From: a virus
Lineage: Duplodnaviria > Caudoviricetes
Direction: 5' to 3' (one strand)
DNA: 39,267 bases
Virus record (IMG/VR): IMGVR_UViG_3300025396_000033
Span: 1-39,267 of that record
Shown here: in pieces, positions 26,849 to 36,111 of the stretch
Numbering within the stretch: the stretch's first letter is position 1
Layout of the letters: every line of letters starts with the position of its first letter
Made by a program: the position numbers and the translations under genes
Notes under the pieces: model-generated
The model's input: only the letters and a program-made list of their open reading frames with translations
Databases searched by the model: none
Told to the model about the DNA's origin: nothing

Positions 26849-27081
26849 TCTTTTAATGTTCTCCACATTACTCTCTTTTCATTTTCAGTTAAGAATTCTT
26901 GTTCATCAGCAAATGTAGGACTTTCTTTAATGATACTATCAAGTAACCACTTGAGTTTGTACAAGTCTTGTTTAATCATCCATTGTGTGTAGCCATCATT
27001 GTAACGACTATTCAATTCTACACCGCTCATGTAGATTTGATGATGTACTGAATTATAATCCATTGGTTTACGATATCCCAT
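26845..27081 (-). CDS. Hypothetical protein
   Basis: Likely start MGYRKPMD; NDGYTQW.IKQDLY.LK. Confidence 0.6.
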   Translation of the reverse strand: MGYRKPMDYNSVHHQIYMSGVELNSRYNDGYTQWMIKQDLYKLKWLLDSIIKESPTFADEQEFLTENEKRVMWRTLKE

Positions 27082-27238
27082 TTTGTTTATCCAAACATGT
27101 GCAGTTTCTACCTTGATTACAGTCACCGTTACAATTGTTAGTTCGATGCCATGCATTAGTTAAGATAGCTGTTACAATACTGATGAATGGGTTAAGGAAA
27201 TAACCCAGTATCAATCCATAGATGAAGATTTCAACCAT
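27068..27238 (-). CDS. Small TM protein with Cys-rich tail (56 aa)
   Basis: Manual ORF MVEIFIYGLILGYFL...CNGDCNQGRNCTC. Confidence 0.55.
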   Translation of the reverse strand: MVEIFIYGLILGYFLNPFISIVTAILTNAWHRTNNCNGDCNQGRNCTCLDKQNGIS

Positions 27239-27435
27239 CACGCATGACCTTTGTAAATAAGTTGATTGACCATGTCAAGATCAAACTGCAAGTCTGCAAT
27301 GTGATCTTTTAATTTTTGATATTCTTCATTGTGTGGATCACTATTGCTAACAACAATACTCAAGTACATGTTGGCAGCAGCCTCATGTGCTTTGCGTAGT
27401 TCTTGTTCTAACAACAATCTTCTATCTTTTAACAT
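27238..27435 (-). CDS. Small coiled-coil protein
   Basis: Likely start MLKDRR immediately after the folE stop. Confidence 0.55.
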   Translation of the reverse strand: MLKDRRLLLEQELRKAHEAAANMYLSIVVSNSDPHNEEYQKLKDHIADLQFDLDMVNQLIYKGHA

Positions 27436-27436
27436 A

Positions 27437-28114
27437 TCATTTACCCTGACGAGCAATGCTTAAGAACTCTGCTCTGGCAGATGGATCAGTTTTAAAACCA
27501 CCACCTAGACGAACAGTAACAGTTGAACTACCAGTATCTTCTACCCCTCTTGCTGCAACACAGTAGTGTCGGGCGTCAATAAGAACCGCCACATCTTCGG
27601 TTTCAAGAATGTACTGAAGGCTGTGAAAGATTTGCTCAGTGAGCCTCTCTTGAATTTGTGGGCGCTTTGAGAAGTATTCAACGATTCTATTAATTTTTGA
27701 TAAGCCCAAGACTTTCTGTTTGGGCACGTAAGCAACAGTTGCAAGACCGTCGATAACGACAAAATGATGTTCGCAATTGCTTTGTACCGACACATTGCGC
27801 TCAACAACCATTTCGTTGTAATGCATCTTATTATCCACTGTGGTGCATTTTGGGAATGCTTCATAATCTAAACCCCACATCACCTCATTTACAAACATTT
27901 TGGCAACACGCTTAGGTGTTTCAATCAAGCTATCATCGGTTAAATCTAACCCTAGTGCTTGCATTATAGCAGTAAAATGAAGTTCGATCTTTTCAATCTT
28001 TTCTTTACGGTCAAGATTGTTTTGTATTGTAGGTGTTTCAACACCCATTTTGACTAAGTGCTCATGCACTTTAAGACCCAGTTCTGGATCGCATTTTGTT
28101 TTATTAAAACTCAT
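27437..28114 (-). CDS. folE: GTP cyclohydrolase I
   Basis: ETPKRVAKM, SNCEHH, LGLSKINRIV, RPQIQERLT, HYCV..RGV, RAEFL. Confidence 0.97.
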   Translation of the reverse strand: MSFNKTKCDPELGLKVHEHLVKMGVETPTIQNNLDRKEKIEKIELHFTAIMQALGLDLTDDSLIETPKRVAKMFVNEVMWGLDYEAFPKCTTVDNKMHYNEMVVERNVSVQSNCEHHFVVIDGLATVAYVPKQKVLGLSKINRIVEYFSKRPQIQERLTEQIFHSLQYILETEDVAVLIDARHYCVAARGVEDTGSSTVTVRLGGGFKTDPSARAEFLSIARQGK

Positions 28115-28149
28115 AGATAACCCTCCGTTGTGATGGTTTTATTTTGACG

Positions 28150-28181
28150 TTGTGCAACCTTTGTGTTGCACAAGTATTTAT
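28150..28181 (-). promoter_or_regulatory. T4-late-like promoter (ATAAATA) followed by a 9-bp hairpin
   Basis: ATAAATAC then TTGTGCAAC-6 nt-GTTGCACAA, upstream of folE. Confidence 0.55.
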
Positions 28182-28186
28182 CACAA

Positions 28187-28384
28187 TTACTTAGCTGCTG
28201 CTTTTTCTGCGGCACGTGCATTTTTAGTTTCAGTGATTTCGTTACGGCGTGCCTTAACTGCTTTAGCCAATTCACCTAATGCTTTACGAGCACGAGTACC
28301 TGCTGCATTGTTACCTTTTTCAAATTTTTCACTTTCAGCCAAGTATGCTTCCAAGTGTGTGTTAATATCATTGTGTGCGCTCAT
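28187..28384 (-). CDS. Histone H1-like (Hc1-type) nucleoid protein
   Basis: EKFEKGNNAAGTRARKAL.EL.K..K..R.EI; Ala/Lys-rich; AAGGAG RBS. Confidence 0.75.
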   Translation of the reverse strand: MSAHNDINTHLEAYLAESEKFEKGNNAAGTRARKALGELAKAVKARRNEITETKNARAAEKAAAK

Positions 28385-28396
28385 AGTATTCTCCTT

Positions 28397-28843
28397 TTAA
28401 TTTGCGTCTTTTGGATCAGGTTCACCGCTGAACTCTTCACCTGTATCTTCATTTGTAAGAACTAGTGGACCAGTGAACATATATTCAGTGTCATCAAGTG
28501 ACCAACCTAATTCTTCTACACCTTCAAAATAGTTTTCTTCCCATGCTTCGTCAAATTCTTCCAAGTCTTCATCAGTACAATTGCGACCTTTTTCAGAATC
28601 TGCCCAGCAACCATCAATCATGTCTTCCATTTCCCACGATTCATTGGCAATGTCTACCCAACCAAGTTCATACCCGCCTTCGTTTTTCAACTCTTCGGGT
28701 GTGAGTGGGATCGTATCTGATTCAATGTAAAAAGTGGCCCAACGATAACCTTCTTCACGAATGATTTGTTTATCATCTTTGTACCAATATTGTGTTTCAA
28801 TTGCAGACTTTTTATATTTAGGTGATAGTTTCCAAGTAGCCAT
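28397..28843 (-). CDS. Acidic hypothetical protein
   Basis: 148 aa D/E/W-rich ORF. Confidence 0.65.
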   Translation of the reverse strand: MATWKLSPKYKKSAIETQYWYKDDKQIIREEGYRWATFYIESDTIPLTPEELKNEGGYELGWVDIANESWEMEDMIDGCWADSEKGRNCTDEDLEEFDEAWEENYFEGVEELGWSLDDTEYMFTGPLVLTNEDTGEEFSGEPDPKDAN

Positions 28844-28844
28844 T

Positions 28845-30032
28845 TTAGTATTTGCTTTCTTTAGTGTGTTTACGATAGTCAGTGCTCATACGTAGCATTG
28901 TATCACCCTTGCCCTCAAGAATGTCAACGATACGGTCAATCGTACCGTCATTGTAGTCACTGATTTTACCCATTAACTCGCTTGATTTTTCAAGTAACTT
29001 TTCAAGTTTGTCAAGCGCATCTTCAATAGACCAAGGAATATACAAGCGAGTATTATCATTGCTAAAAGTTTCTGGGAAACTACGATAAGCAGGATAAAGC
29101 ACATTACAGCCCAGAGCATCTGCCTCCGAGACAGTATTACTGACCCAATCTTGTAATGCACAGTTAAATACCACGCGGCTATCATTAACAATGTTATAGT
29201 AATCATTCTTGTCTAAGTCCTCATAGATACTCAACATACCAATAGCATGAAGTCGTTTAGTACGATCCATATAGCTATCATTATTGCTTTTGAGTTTTGC
29301 ACCACTACAGATACAGAATTCTACACTTGATCCTGGATGGCGATTATACCATGCTTCAATGATATCCATATAGAAGTCTGGTTGCTTTTCTTGATCCCAT
29401 CTTGCACTAAACACAACACGATGTTTGCGGTCACTGAATGGCTTGATTGAATCAACACGACTCTGTACTTCACTCTTACCGAATGCTAGTCCACTGATAT
29501 TGTAGATTGGGGCTTCCCAACCTGCAATCTTCATGTGCATGACCATTTCTTCATTAGTTGCGAGGATTCCACCTTCACTTTGGCGGACAGCTTCACATAC
29601 CATCTGTTCGTAGGATGCCATAAACTTTGACATGCCCCAGACATGGACAAAGTCATCAGGATCAATTGACTGCGCCAAGCATCGTACAAAAATCTTTGGA
29701 CGATGTGACTGAGGAACTTGATTAAGAATGTAAGGCAAACTCTCAAAGCCCGGTTGAAACATATCTTCAAAGTAGATAACATCATCACTGGTAACTTCTC
29801 CTGCCTTCATCATCTTAACTAAGTTCATCAATTGACTCATGCCAAAGTATGAACGACCATGTGCATCAAGTACTTGCCCGGTAACAATTGCTTGATCGTT
29901 ACTTAGTGTTTCACCACTTACAATTTGATAGTTGATACCACGTTTCTCAAAGACTCGTGTATTCCACTCAGTCAATTGAAGGGTATATCTTGCTTTATAG
30001 GGTTCAAGACCCATGTAGAATAATTTACGCAT
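28845..30032 (-). CDS. GT-B glycosyltransferase-like protein, possibly DNA-modifying
   Basis: FSARWDQEKQP, QDWVSNTVSEA (DX7E), YP..RSFPE; start MRKLFY is TAATG-coupled. Confidence 0.8.
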   Translation of the reverse strand: MRKLFYMGLEPYKARYTLQLTEWNTRVFEKRGINYQIVSGETLSNDQAIVTGQVLDAHGRSYFGMSQLMNLVKMMKAGEVTSDDVIYFEDMFQPGFESLPYILNQVPQSHRPKIFVRCLAQSIDPDDFVHVWGMSKFMASYEQMVCEAVRQSEGGILATNEEMVMHMKIAGWEAPIYNISGLAFGKSEVQSRVDSIKPFSDRKHRVVFSARWDQEKQPDFYMDIIEAWYNRHPGSSVEFCICSGAKLKSNNDSYMDRTKRLHAIGMLSIYEDLDKNDYYNIVNDSRVVFNCALQDWVSNTVSEADALGCNVLYPAYRSFPETFSNDNTRLYIPWSIEDALDKLEKLLEKSSELMGKISDYNDGTIDRIVDILEGKGDTMLRMSTDYRKHTKESKY

Positions 30033-30238
30033 TATCGGATGATGATATCTGCCCAACCATCTTTTGGTTGTTTACCTGCTAACTGTTTTGTATGTTGACG
30101 ATAGACAAATGATCGCATATCATACAATGTTGCTTCATCAAACTTAAACCCATAGTCTACACAAAATTCTTTGTAGGCTTCTAAGTCTTCAAAGATTTGA
30201 CGGACGCGGTGATTAGGTTGAATGTGTGGTTTTGCCAT
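30032..30238 (-). CDS. Conserved small phage protein
   Basis: IFEDLE.Y..FC..YG..FDE..LY; AGGA RBS. Confidence 0.65.
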   Translation of the reverse strand: MAKPHIQPNHRVRQIFEDLEAYKEFCVDYGFKFDEATLYDMRSFVYRQHTKQLAGKQPKDGWADIIIR

Positions 30239-30250
30239 TTTGTTTTCCTA

Positions 30251-30706
30251 TTAAATTTTTAGGTTGTTGTAAGGTTGAGTTGTGTTGTAATGTATCGTAG
30301 CACCATTCTCATTGTCTTCTGAAACAGTGATAGTGATATTACGATCTGGATATCGAGTTGCAATAACCTCATAAAGGTCATCACTAATCATTTCACAACT
30401 TTTGTAATCCAATGCAAGGATGCCTTGAGAATATTGATTCTCTAACCATCGTTTGAATTGAATAAACTCAATATCACGGTCGTTGTGAAATACTTCAATC
30501 GTCACTTCAAAGTGAAAGATGTGACGATGTGGAGTTGCTAAAAAGCTAACGTCATACTCATCACCTGTTGCCAAGTTAGGGTCTGTCGCTGCTGCTGGGT
30601 ATTTGTGAATACCCTCTTTTTGAAATCTTACAAAAATTGTACGAATGGCTTTGTCTTTGATACGTGTACGTTGTTCAAAAAGTGCCTGTTGTCTTTGTTC
30701 TTCCAT
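30251..30706 (-). CDS. dpdL: QueD-paralog T-fold protein, DpdL-like (candidate CDG decarboxylase)
   Basis: LATPHRHIF fits the LxxxHRHxF signature I recall for DpdL; also DRDIEF, SCEM, VSEDNENG. Confidence 0.7.
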   Translation of the reverse strand: MEEQRQQALFEQRTRIKDKAIRTIFVRFQKEGIHKYPAAATDPNLATGDEYDVSFLATPHRHIFHFEVTIEVFHNDRDIEFIQFKRWLENQYSQGILALDYKSCEMISDDLYEVIATRYPDRNITITVSEDNENGATIHYNTTQPYNNLKI

Positions 30707-30709
30707 GAT

Positions 30710-32194
30710 TTACTCAAACTTAAAAAATTCGTTAAACTTTGTTCTAGCGTTAATTGCTTTCTTACCGCTGAACCCCTGACTACCACTAGACATTTGTGTC
30801 CATAATTGACTGTGTGCATCAATGATATCCATACTATCTTTGCGGGTCTTTTGAGCAAACACTTCATTAACAACTTCACGGAATGTTTTACCAGTATCAC
30901 GTTCGTGAATCATTGCAGGTGTAATACCTTGCTCGTATCTACGATTCGCTTCTTGTACAGCATAGATATGTTGATAAACATTATGACTTTGAATCAGTGT
31001 ATAACTCAATGTATCCCAACTAGTTTTAGTTTCTTTACCATGAGCACCGATGAAACCCTGCCCTCTGTAACAAATATCTTTCATAAGTAGTATATCAGTT
31101 ACAGGACTGTCTGTAAACATAGTATGGATACCGTCAGCAATACAAGCATCACTATACTTACGCATATCACCTGCGTATGTAGGTGTGATACCATAATGCT
31201 TGCCTTCTGCTGTTTTAGTCATACTATATGCCCACTTTTTATTATTTTCAATTGTGTTATTAAAGTATGCCAAACCCTTAGCAGCACTAAAGAATGGGCT
31301 TGCACAGTCAAAAGTAATTTGCAAGTTTGGATTGTGATTTGCACGTATTGCTTTTTGGATATCAGTAAACAACACAGCATACTCTAAGATAGATACACCC
31401 AAACAATGAATCAAATCATGTTTGCCTGGTTTTAGTAATCCATCATAGATAATGTCAACCATTCTACGTAGTGTCAAATGAATGTCAATTTTGTTTTGAC
31501 CACCAAATGCCCAACCATTAAAGTGATTGTCTGGATAGATATTTGGATCACAATACTTCTTCATTTCATTATACCACTCATCACTTTCAGTATGATTAGT
31601 ACCTTGAAGAACGTTTAAGAACTTGCAACTACCATTACGATTCTTAATAAAATATTCGTTGTTAATATGTGTAGCGTCAATGGCATCCTGAATGTTAGTA
31701 ATGCCATGAACCTTATGCATTTCTTGATTCAAGAAACTTTGTGATGGGATATCTAAACACATACCATAATCCATATATGTGTCCATCCAGTTCAATACAG
31801 CTTTACGCTTAATCATTGCTTTAGGATCGTTGGGGTCTTTCCAATCAGCAGGCCATTGGCCTTTAAGAATTTGAAAACCACCACTATCACCTAACATGAA
31901 TGTACCTTCTTCACGCTTGCGAATGATACTTTCATTTGGATTATCTTTTGTAGTGTCTAAGTCAGCATGACCTGCACTATACAAACCCCACTTATAAGTG
32001 TATAAGCCTTCTTTGCTGTTTAAGAAGTTTAGTTTTTCTACATCGCCGTTGAAACTTGCAGGGATGCGTTCTTTGGGAAAGTAATCTTCTCCCTCTCGTT
32101 GCTTACCCAAGCCAGCGATATAGAAACTGCTGACTGCGGGTAAGAACAATGCCCATTCTGGGTTATGTTGACTTGATAAATTTACTTGTTCCAT
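30710..32194 (-). CDS. dpdA: TGT-fold base-exchange enzyme (DpdA-like DNA 7-deazaguanine transglycosylase)
   Basis: TGT motifs in order: DSGGFQ, CLDIP, VLQG, WAFGG, HCLG, TFDCASP; lacks the CxCxxC zinc site of tRNA TGT. Confidence 0.8.
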   Translation of the reverse strand: MEQVNLSSQHNPEWALFLPAVSSFYIAGLGKQREGEDYFPKERIPASFNGDVEKLNFLNSKEGLYTYKWGLYSAGHADLDTTKDNPNESIIRKREEGTFMLGDSGGFQILKGQWPADWKDPNDPKAMIKRKAVLNWMDTYMDYGMCLDIPSQSFLNQEMHKVHGITNIQDAIDATHINNEYFIKNRNGSCKFLNVLQGTNHTESDEWYNEMKKYCDPNIYPDNHFNGWAFGGQNKIDIHLTLRRMVDIIYDGLLKPGKHDLIHCLGVSILEYAVLFTDIQKAIRANHNPNLQITFDCASPFFSAAKGLAYFNNTIENNKKWAYSMTKTAEGKHYGITPTYAGDMRKYSDACIADGIHTMFTDSPVTDILLMKDICYRGQGFIGAHGKETKTSWDTLSYTLIQSHNVYQHIYAVQEANRRYEQGITPAMIHERDTGKTFREVVNEVFAQKTRKDSMDIIDAHSQLWTQMSSGSQGFSGKKAINARTKFNEFFKFE

Positions 32195-32583
32195 TAAGGT
32201 ACCATTGAAGGTGTTACATTGTTGCTAGGACTATTCAATAAAGTTTGAACCATTTTGATTTGTTCTTTTCTTTTGTTGATTTCATCAACTAGACTTTTAA
32301 TAGTAGGATGCTCTTGTGCAAGTTTTTCTAATTGTTGTTCTTCTATCATTTTCTTTTCTGCCCAATGCAGTATTGATACTGCTTCAATAGATAAAGAAAC
32401 AGTTGCAGAACCCGATTGTAGAGTAATCCAGTTGTTGCCATCAAACACTTCTGTCTTTTGACTTGCTGTATTGTATCGCATGTTACCTACACATTGCAAT
32501 CCAGCGTACCCATTGATATAGGTACTACCGGAATAACTAGCAACGTTAAGGTAAGCACTACCAGAAAGAATATTATCTATCAT
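32194..32583 (-). CDS. Conserved phage protein
   Basis: G.MRYN.....EVFDG..W followed by coiled coil. Confidence 0.65.
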   Translation of the reverse strand: MIDNILSGSAYLNVASYSGSTYINGYAGLQCVGNMRYNTASQKTEVFDGNNWITLQSGSATVSLSIEAVSILHWAEKKMIEEQQLEKLAQEHPTIKSLVDEINKRKEQIKMVQTLLNSPSNNVTPSMVP

Positions 32584-33314
32584 TTTTGTTGTGCTGGTAA
32601 ACGATATGTGTAAACTGCAAGACCACTATCAACAACAATTTCACTTAAACCTTGATCTGAAATTTTGAAAGTTTTGTCACCTGCTAAACTCAAAATAGCA
32701 AGAACTTGTTTGATAGGCCAGTGCCATTGACGACTTAATGAACCACTAACGCCGGGAGCAAATACAAAGTTACCACTGTGTGTTGAAACATCACCGAAAT
32801 AGATTTTCAAGTCACCGTTTTCAATTTTAGTGACAAATGTAGTTTGTTCACTGTTAGCACTTGCTTGCTTTTTCAAACGTTGAATGCCTGCAACAGTTGG
32901 AACAAATTCAACGTTAAAAGTTGGAGTCACTGCCATAACAGGACGTTTAACTTTTTCTTCAATAACAACTGCTGCCATCAAACGATAATCGTTAACAAAG
33001 TCACCGTTCTTTGTTTCAAAGTGAATTGTGTCTGGAACATCTACACCATCACGATTTTTTGTAACAACATTGATTTTTGCATCAGTATCATATTCTTCAA
33101 AGCCTAAGATAGTGCTTAGTTTACCTAAGTTAGGCATACCAAATGACCCTTTGAATTCAATGTTTGGGTTCTTGAATTCACCTGTAACCATAACACTACG
33201 ATCTTCTGGGAAAGTAATAATTTCAGTTTTTGTGTCTGTACCTGCGATACGAATCAAATCAACACCCTCTAGTGCTCGGGTGTGTTCAATAATGTCTTGT
33301 AAAATGTCTTTCAT
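32580..33314 (-). CDS. Sliding clamp-like protein (gp45/PCNA-like)
   Basis: 244 aa from MKDILQD (AAGGA RBS); next to the polymerase; FGM.NL..L..IL and C-terminal Y.LPA pattern. Inferred from size, context and pattern. Confidence 0.6.
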   Translation of the reverse strand: MKDILQDIIEHTRALEGVDLIRIAGTDTKTEIITFPEDRSVMVTGEFKNPNIEFKGSFGMPNLGKLSTILGFEEYDTDAKINVVTKNRDGVDVPDTIHFETKNGDFVNDYRLMAAVVIEEKVKRPVMAVTPTFNVEFVPTVAGIQRLKKQASANSEQTTFVTKIENGDLKIYFGDVSTHSGNFVFAPGVSGSLSRQWHWPIKQVLAILSLAGDKTFKISDQGLSEIVVDSGLAVYTYRLPAQQK

Positions 33315-33356
33315 GTTTGTCCTTATGTTAAATGTATTTAGGAATACTATGTGTGT

Positions 33357-33385
33357 ATTATAGTGGAAGTTTTTGCGAAAGTAAA
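33357..33385 (-). promoter_or_regulatory. sigma70 promoter, with a downstream TAAATA late-like motif
   Basis: TTTACT-17 nt-TATAAT; TAAATAC at 33334-33340. Confidence 0.65.
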
Positions 33386-33393
33386 CAGTTAGT

Positions 33394-36111
33394 TTACCCG
33401 AACGTAAAGAAGTTGTCAAAGGTTGATTTAGTGTTTGAGTTTTCACGGATCTTCCAATCCAACACACCTAAAAGGTTATCAATCTTTTCATCAACTAATG
33501 TCTTTTCCATTTCTTCGTCATCAAATGGTAACTCAATGAACCATTGCGGTAATCGTAGTTCGTCCGTTGGGTAAGCAACACTATTCATATTCAATGCATT
33601 TGGTTTGAGTTTACATACAACAATCTTCATACCATCTACAATTTTCATTGAGTAGTTGTCGTTATAAAGATTTCGTAAATAGTTATAGTTAATCGCAGCC
33701 ATAGCATGACCAACACCACATTTACCTGTCTTCTCCCAGTTTTGTGTATGCTTAGTCAAATTATTAACTGACTTAGGTGAACCTTTTGTCCAAGGCTTTT
33801 GTTCACTCAACCAACGCTTGAATTCTTTTACGGTTTCGATAACTTCATCTCGTGTTTTACCTTGCTGTATGACCATTTGCAATACGTTCATCAAGAACTC
33901 TTGCACATACTTAGGAGTATCCGCACGTTTCAAGTCAAGACCCATAGCTTTGATATCGCCTAACTTACCATTACTATCTTTACGTTTACCCTCTTTATCA
34001 AAGATGTTGATGGCATAACGTTTTTTAGTAATGAAGATACTGCGATCACCAATTAATTCACGACCAGCTTTAATGATTGCACCATTCTTACGAGGAGCGT
34101 GAAACGCTTTCTCCATGAATGCTGGGAAACTCTCGTTTGCTTCATCAGCAATACTGTCGTATAAGCCAATACAAACATCTTTGTCCCATGACAACTCACC
34201 TGCTTCAACTTGTGCTTTAAGTGCAGGCCACGCCGAGAAATAACAACTATCAGTATCGCCATAAACAATAGAACGACCTTCGTGTGTATATTCACCTTCA
34301 ATACTTTGATTGATTTGGCTCATCATGTGGCGAACAATTTGACGACCACTTAGTGTAACACTTTGACCAATACGTTTGTCATAGAAACGACAATGTTCAT
34401 TCAACAATGCACCATAAGCACTGTTTAACAAAATCTTACGAACTAATTGACGCTTATCATAATAAGCATGTAGTTCTTTATCTCCTGCTGCATCTGCTTC
34501 TTTAGCCTGTTTCTGTGTTGCTTTACGTTCAGTATACCAACGACTTAGTAATCCTGGAACGACACCTTCTTTTTCATAAGTATAGATTGTACCGTTTGCT
34601 GATATCATCCAAGGCTTATGACTGTCAAAGACTAGTTTCCATATCTCGGCTGCACTCATTTCAATACTACGACCATCTTCATAGTCTAGCCATAACATAG
34701 TGCCACGTTCTTGGTTCATAATTGCTGTGTACTCTAGTGCACCAAACAAGTTTTCCCACAAGATAGCACCTTTAACATCTTCATCACCTTCTTTGAAGAA
34801 TTTCTTCTCACGTGCTAATTTAGCACCTTTATCCTTCATGTATTGGTCTGTTAATGTTTGTCTGACTTGAGCAACAATGGTTTCACCTGCCATGTTGAGC
34901 GCCCGAATAACGGATGGATATAGCGAGTTGATGTCAACTGCTCCGACCCAGTCATGCATTCCCTTTTGGGGAGTAGCAACATAGGCACCTGCTGCTTGCT
35001 GTTGTTCTTCATCATTTTCATTCTTCCTTTTCTTATCTGGTACAACTAACCCACGACTGTGAGCCTCGTTCATAACTGCCATTTCAATCATAGCAACTGA
35101 ACCCATAACTGTTGGCATAAGAACTGTGTTCTCATGTGCCAATGCGTTAGCAAGTTCTAAGAACTTTGTTTTGTTATGAATCTTAACCAACAACATAGTA
35201 TCTTGACGGTTATACTCTAAGAACTTTTCCCAGTCCTTGTTGTACAATTGGTCTAGAGTACCTTCATATTGTGTTTTGTTTTCACCGACTTCCATTTCAC
35301 CAATGGCGTCTAGTTTATAACTGTGTCGTGATTCATAGTTATACTTTTTGTACAATTGTAAATAGTCAAGGTGAATACGACCAACCAAATCGTAAGTCAT
35401 TTCTTTCTTACCAAATCGTTCATATTCTCTTGGCTTTGGAAGCTGACCCAATAGACAGAATTTTCTAGTGTCATCCTTACTCATTACTCGTGTTACACGA
35501 TTAACCATGTAGGGTATGTCATAGCCTTCACTGTTCCAACCAGTCACAACATCAGCATCTTCTATCAATTGGAAGAAAACATCAAACATTTCCTTTTCAT
35601 TTTTGAAAAGTAATGTGTTATCAAACTTACTTACAATTTCTTGTGCTGTTTCTTCACTCATGTGCTTAGGTGGAATACACAATGTTACCAATGTGTCTTG
35701 CCAATCTAAGTATAGACTGATTGCTGTTACTGGATTGAATGGGTCACTTGTTGGACTGAACCCTTTAACGGGGTCAAAGTCAACTTCAATGTCAAAGAAA
35801 CAAGTGTGTAGTTTAGGTGGTTCAACACCTAAATAGTTTTCTGATAAGCAACGGAATATAACGTTAACATCACTCTCATACAATGTTTTGTTAGAGTGGA
35901 TACGCTTTTCCTTTTCAAATTCTTGTCTCTTGCGAGTACTGAATCTTGATACAGGAGTACCGTAAATACTTCGTTGTTTGCCTTTAGGGTCGTCATAGTA
36001 AAGCACATAATTTGCTGGAAACTCGTTATATACTCTTTTACCCTCAGGTGATCTTTCTACTACATAGATACGGTCTTCATCACGGGAATGAATAGCATCA
36101 ATGTATGACAT
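33394..36111 (-). CDS. Family B DNA polymerase (gp43-like)
   Basis: ExoI DIE, ExoII N...YD, ExoIII YNRQD, motif A DINSLYPS, motif B KILLNSAYG, motif C YGDTDS, KKRYA; no intein evident. Confidence 0.97.
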   Translation of the reverse strand: MSYIDAIHSRDEDRIYVVERSPEGKRVYNEFPANYVLYYDDPKGKQRSIYGTPVSRFSTRKRQEFEKEKRIHSNKTLYESDVNVIFRCLSENYLGVEPPKLHTCFFDIEVDFDPVKGFSPTSDPFNPVTAISLYLDWQDTLVTLCIPPKHMSEETAQEIVSKFDNTLLFKNEKEMFDVFFQLIEDADVVTGWNSEGYDIPYMVNRVTRVMSKDDTRKFCLLGQLPKPREYERFGKKEMTYDLVGRIHLDYLQLYKKYNYESRHSYKLDAIGEMEVGENKTQYEGTLDQLYNKDWEKFLEYNRQDTMLLVKIHNKTKFLELANALAHENTVLMPTVMGSVAMIEMAVMNEAHSRGLVVPDKKRKNENDEEQQQAAGAYVATPQKGMHDWVGAVDINSLYPSVIRALNMAGETIVAQVRQTLTDQYMKDKGAKLAREKKFFKEGDEDVKGAILWENLFGALEYTAIMNQERGTMLWLDYEDGRSIEMSAAEIWKLVFDSHKPWMISANGTIYTYEKEGVVPGLLSRWYTERKATQKQAKEADAAGDKELHAYYDKRQLVRKILLNSAYGALLNEHCRFYDKRIGQSVTLSGRQIVRHMMSQINQSIEGEYTHEGRSIVYGDTDSCYFSAWPALKAQVEAGELSWDKDVCIGLYDSIADEANESFPAFMEKAFHAPRKNGAIIKAGRELIGDRSIFITKKRYAINIFDKEGKRKDSNGKLGDIKAMGLDLKRADTPKYVQEFLMNVLQMVIQQGKTRDEVIETVKEFKRWLSEQKPWTKGSPKSVNNLTKHTQNWEKTGKCGVGHAMAAINYNYLRNLYNDNYSMKIVDGMKIVVCKLKPNALNMNSVAYPTDELRLPQWFIELPFDDEEMEKTLVDEKIDNLLGVLDWKIRENSNTKSTFDNFFTFG

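Noticed and set aside
30710-32194. Calling this a tRNA-guanine transglycosylase for queuosine
   Set aside because: It lacks the zinc site and has a replication/dpdL context with no queA/queF, so DNA is the likelier substrate. tRNA is not formally excluded.
3455-35045. Nested same-strand alternative-frame ORFs (3455-3781, 16229-16615, 27541-27864, 28973-29206, 34053-34301 etc.)
   Set aside because: Lie wholly inside conserved genes in another frame; no independent evidence.
33394-36111. Intein, intron or split in the DNA polymerase
   Set aside because: Single 905 aa ORF with normally spaced motifs and no intein termini.
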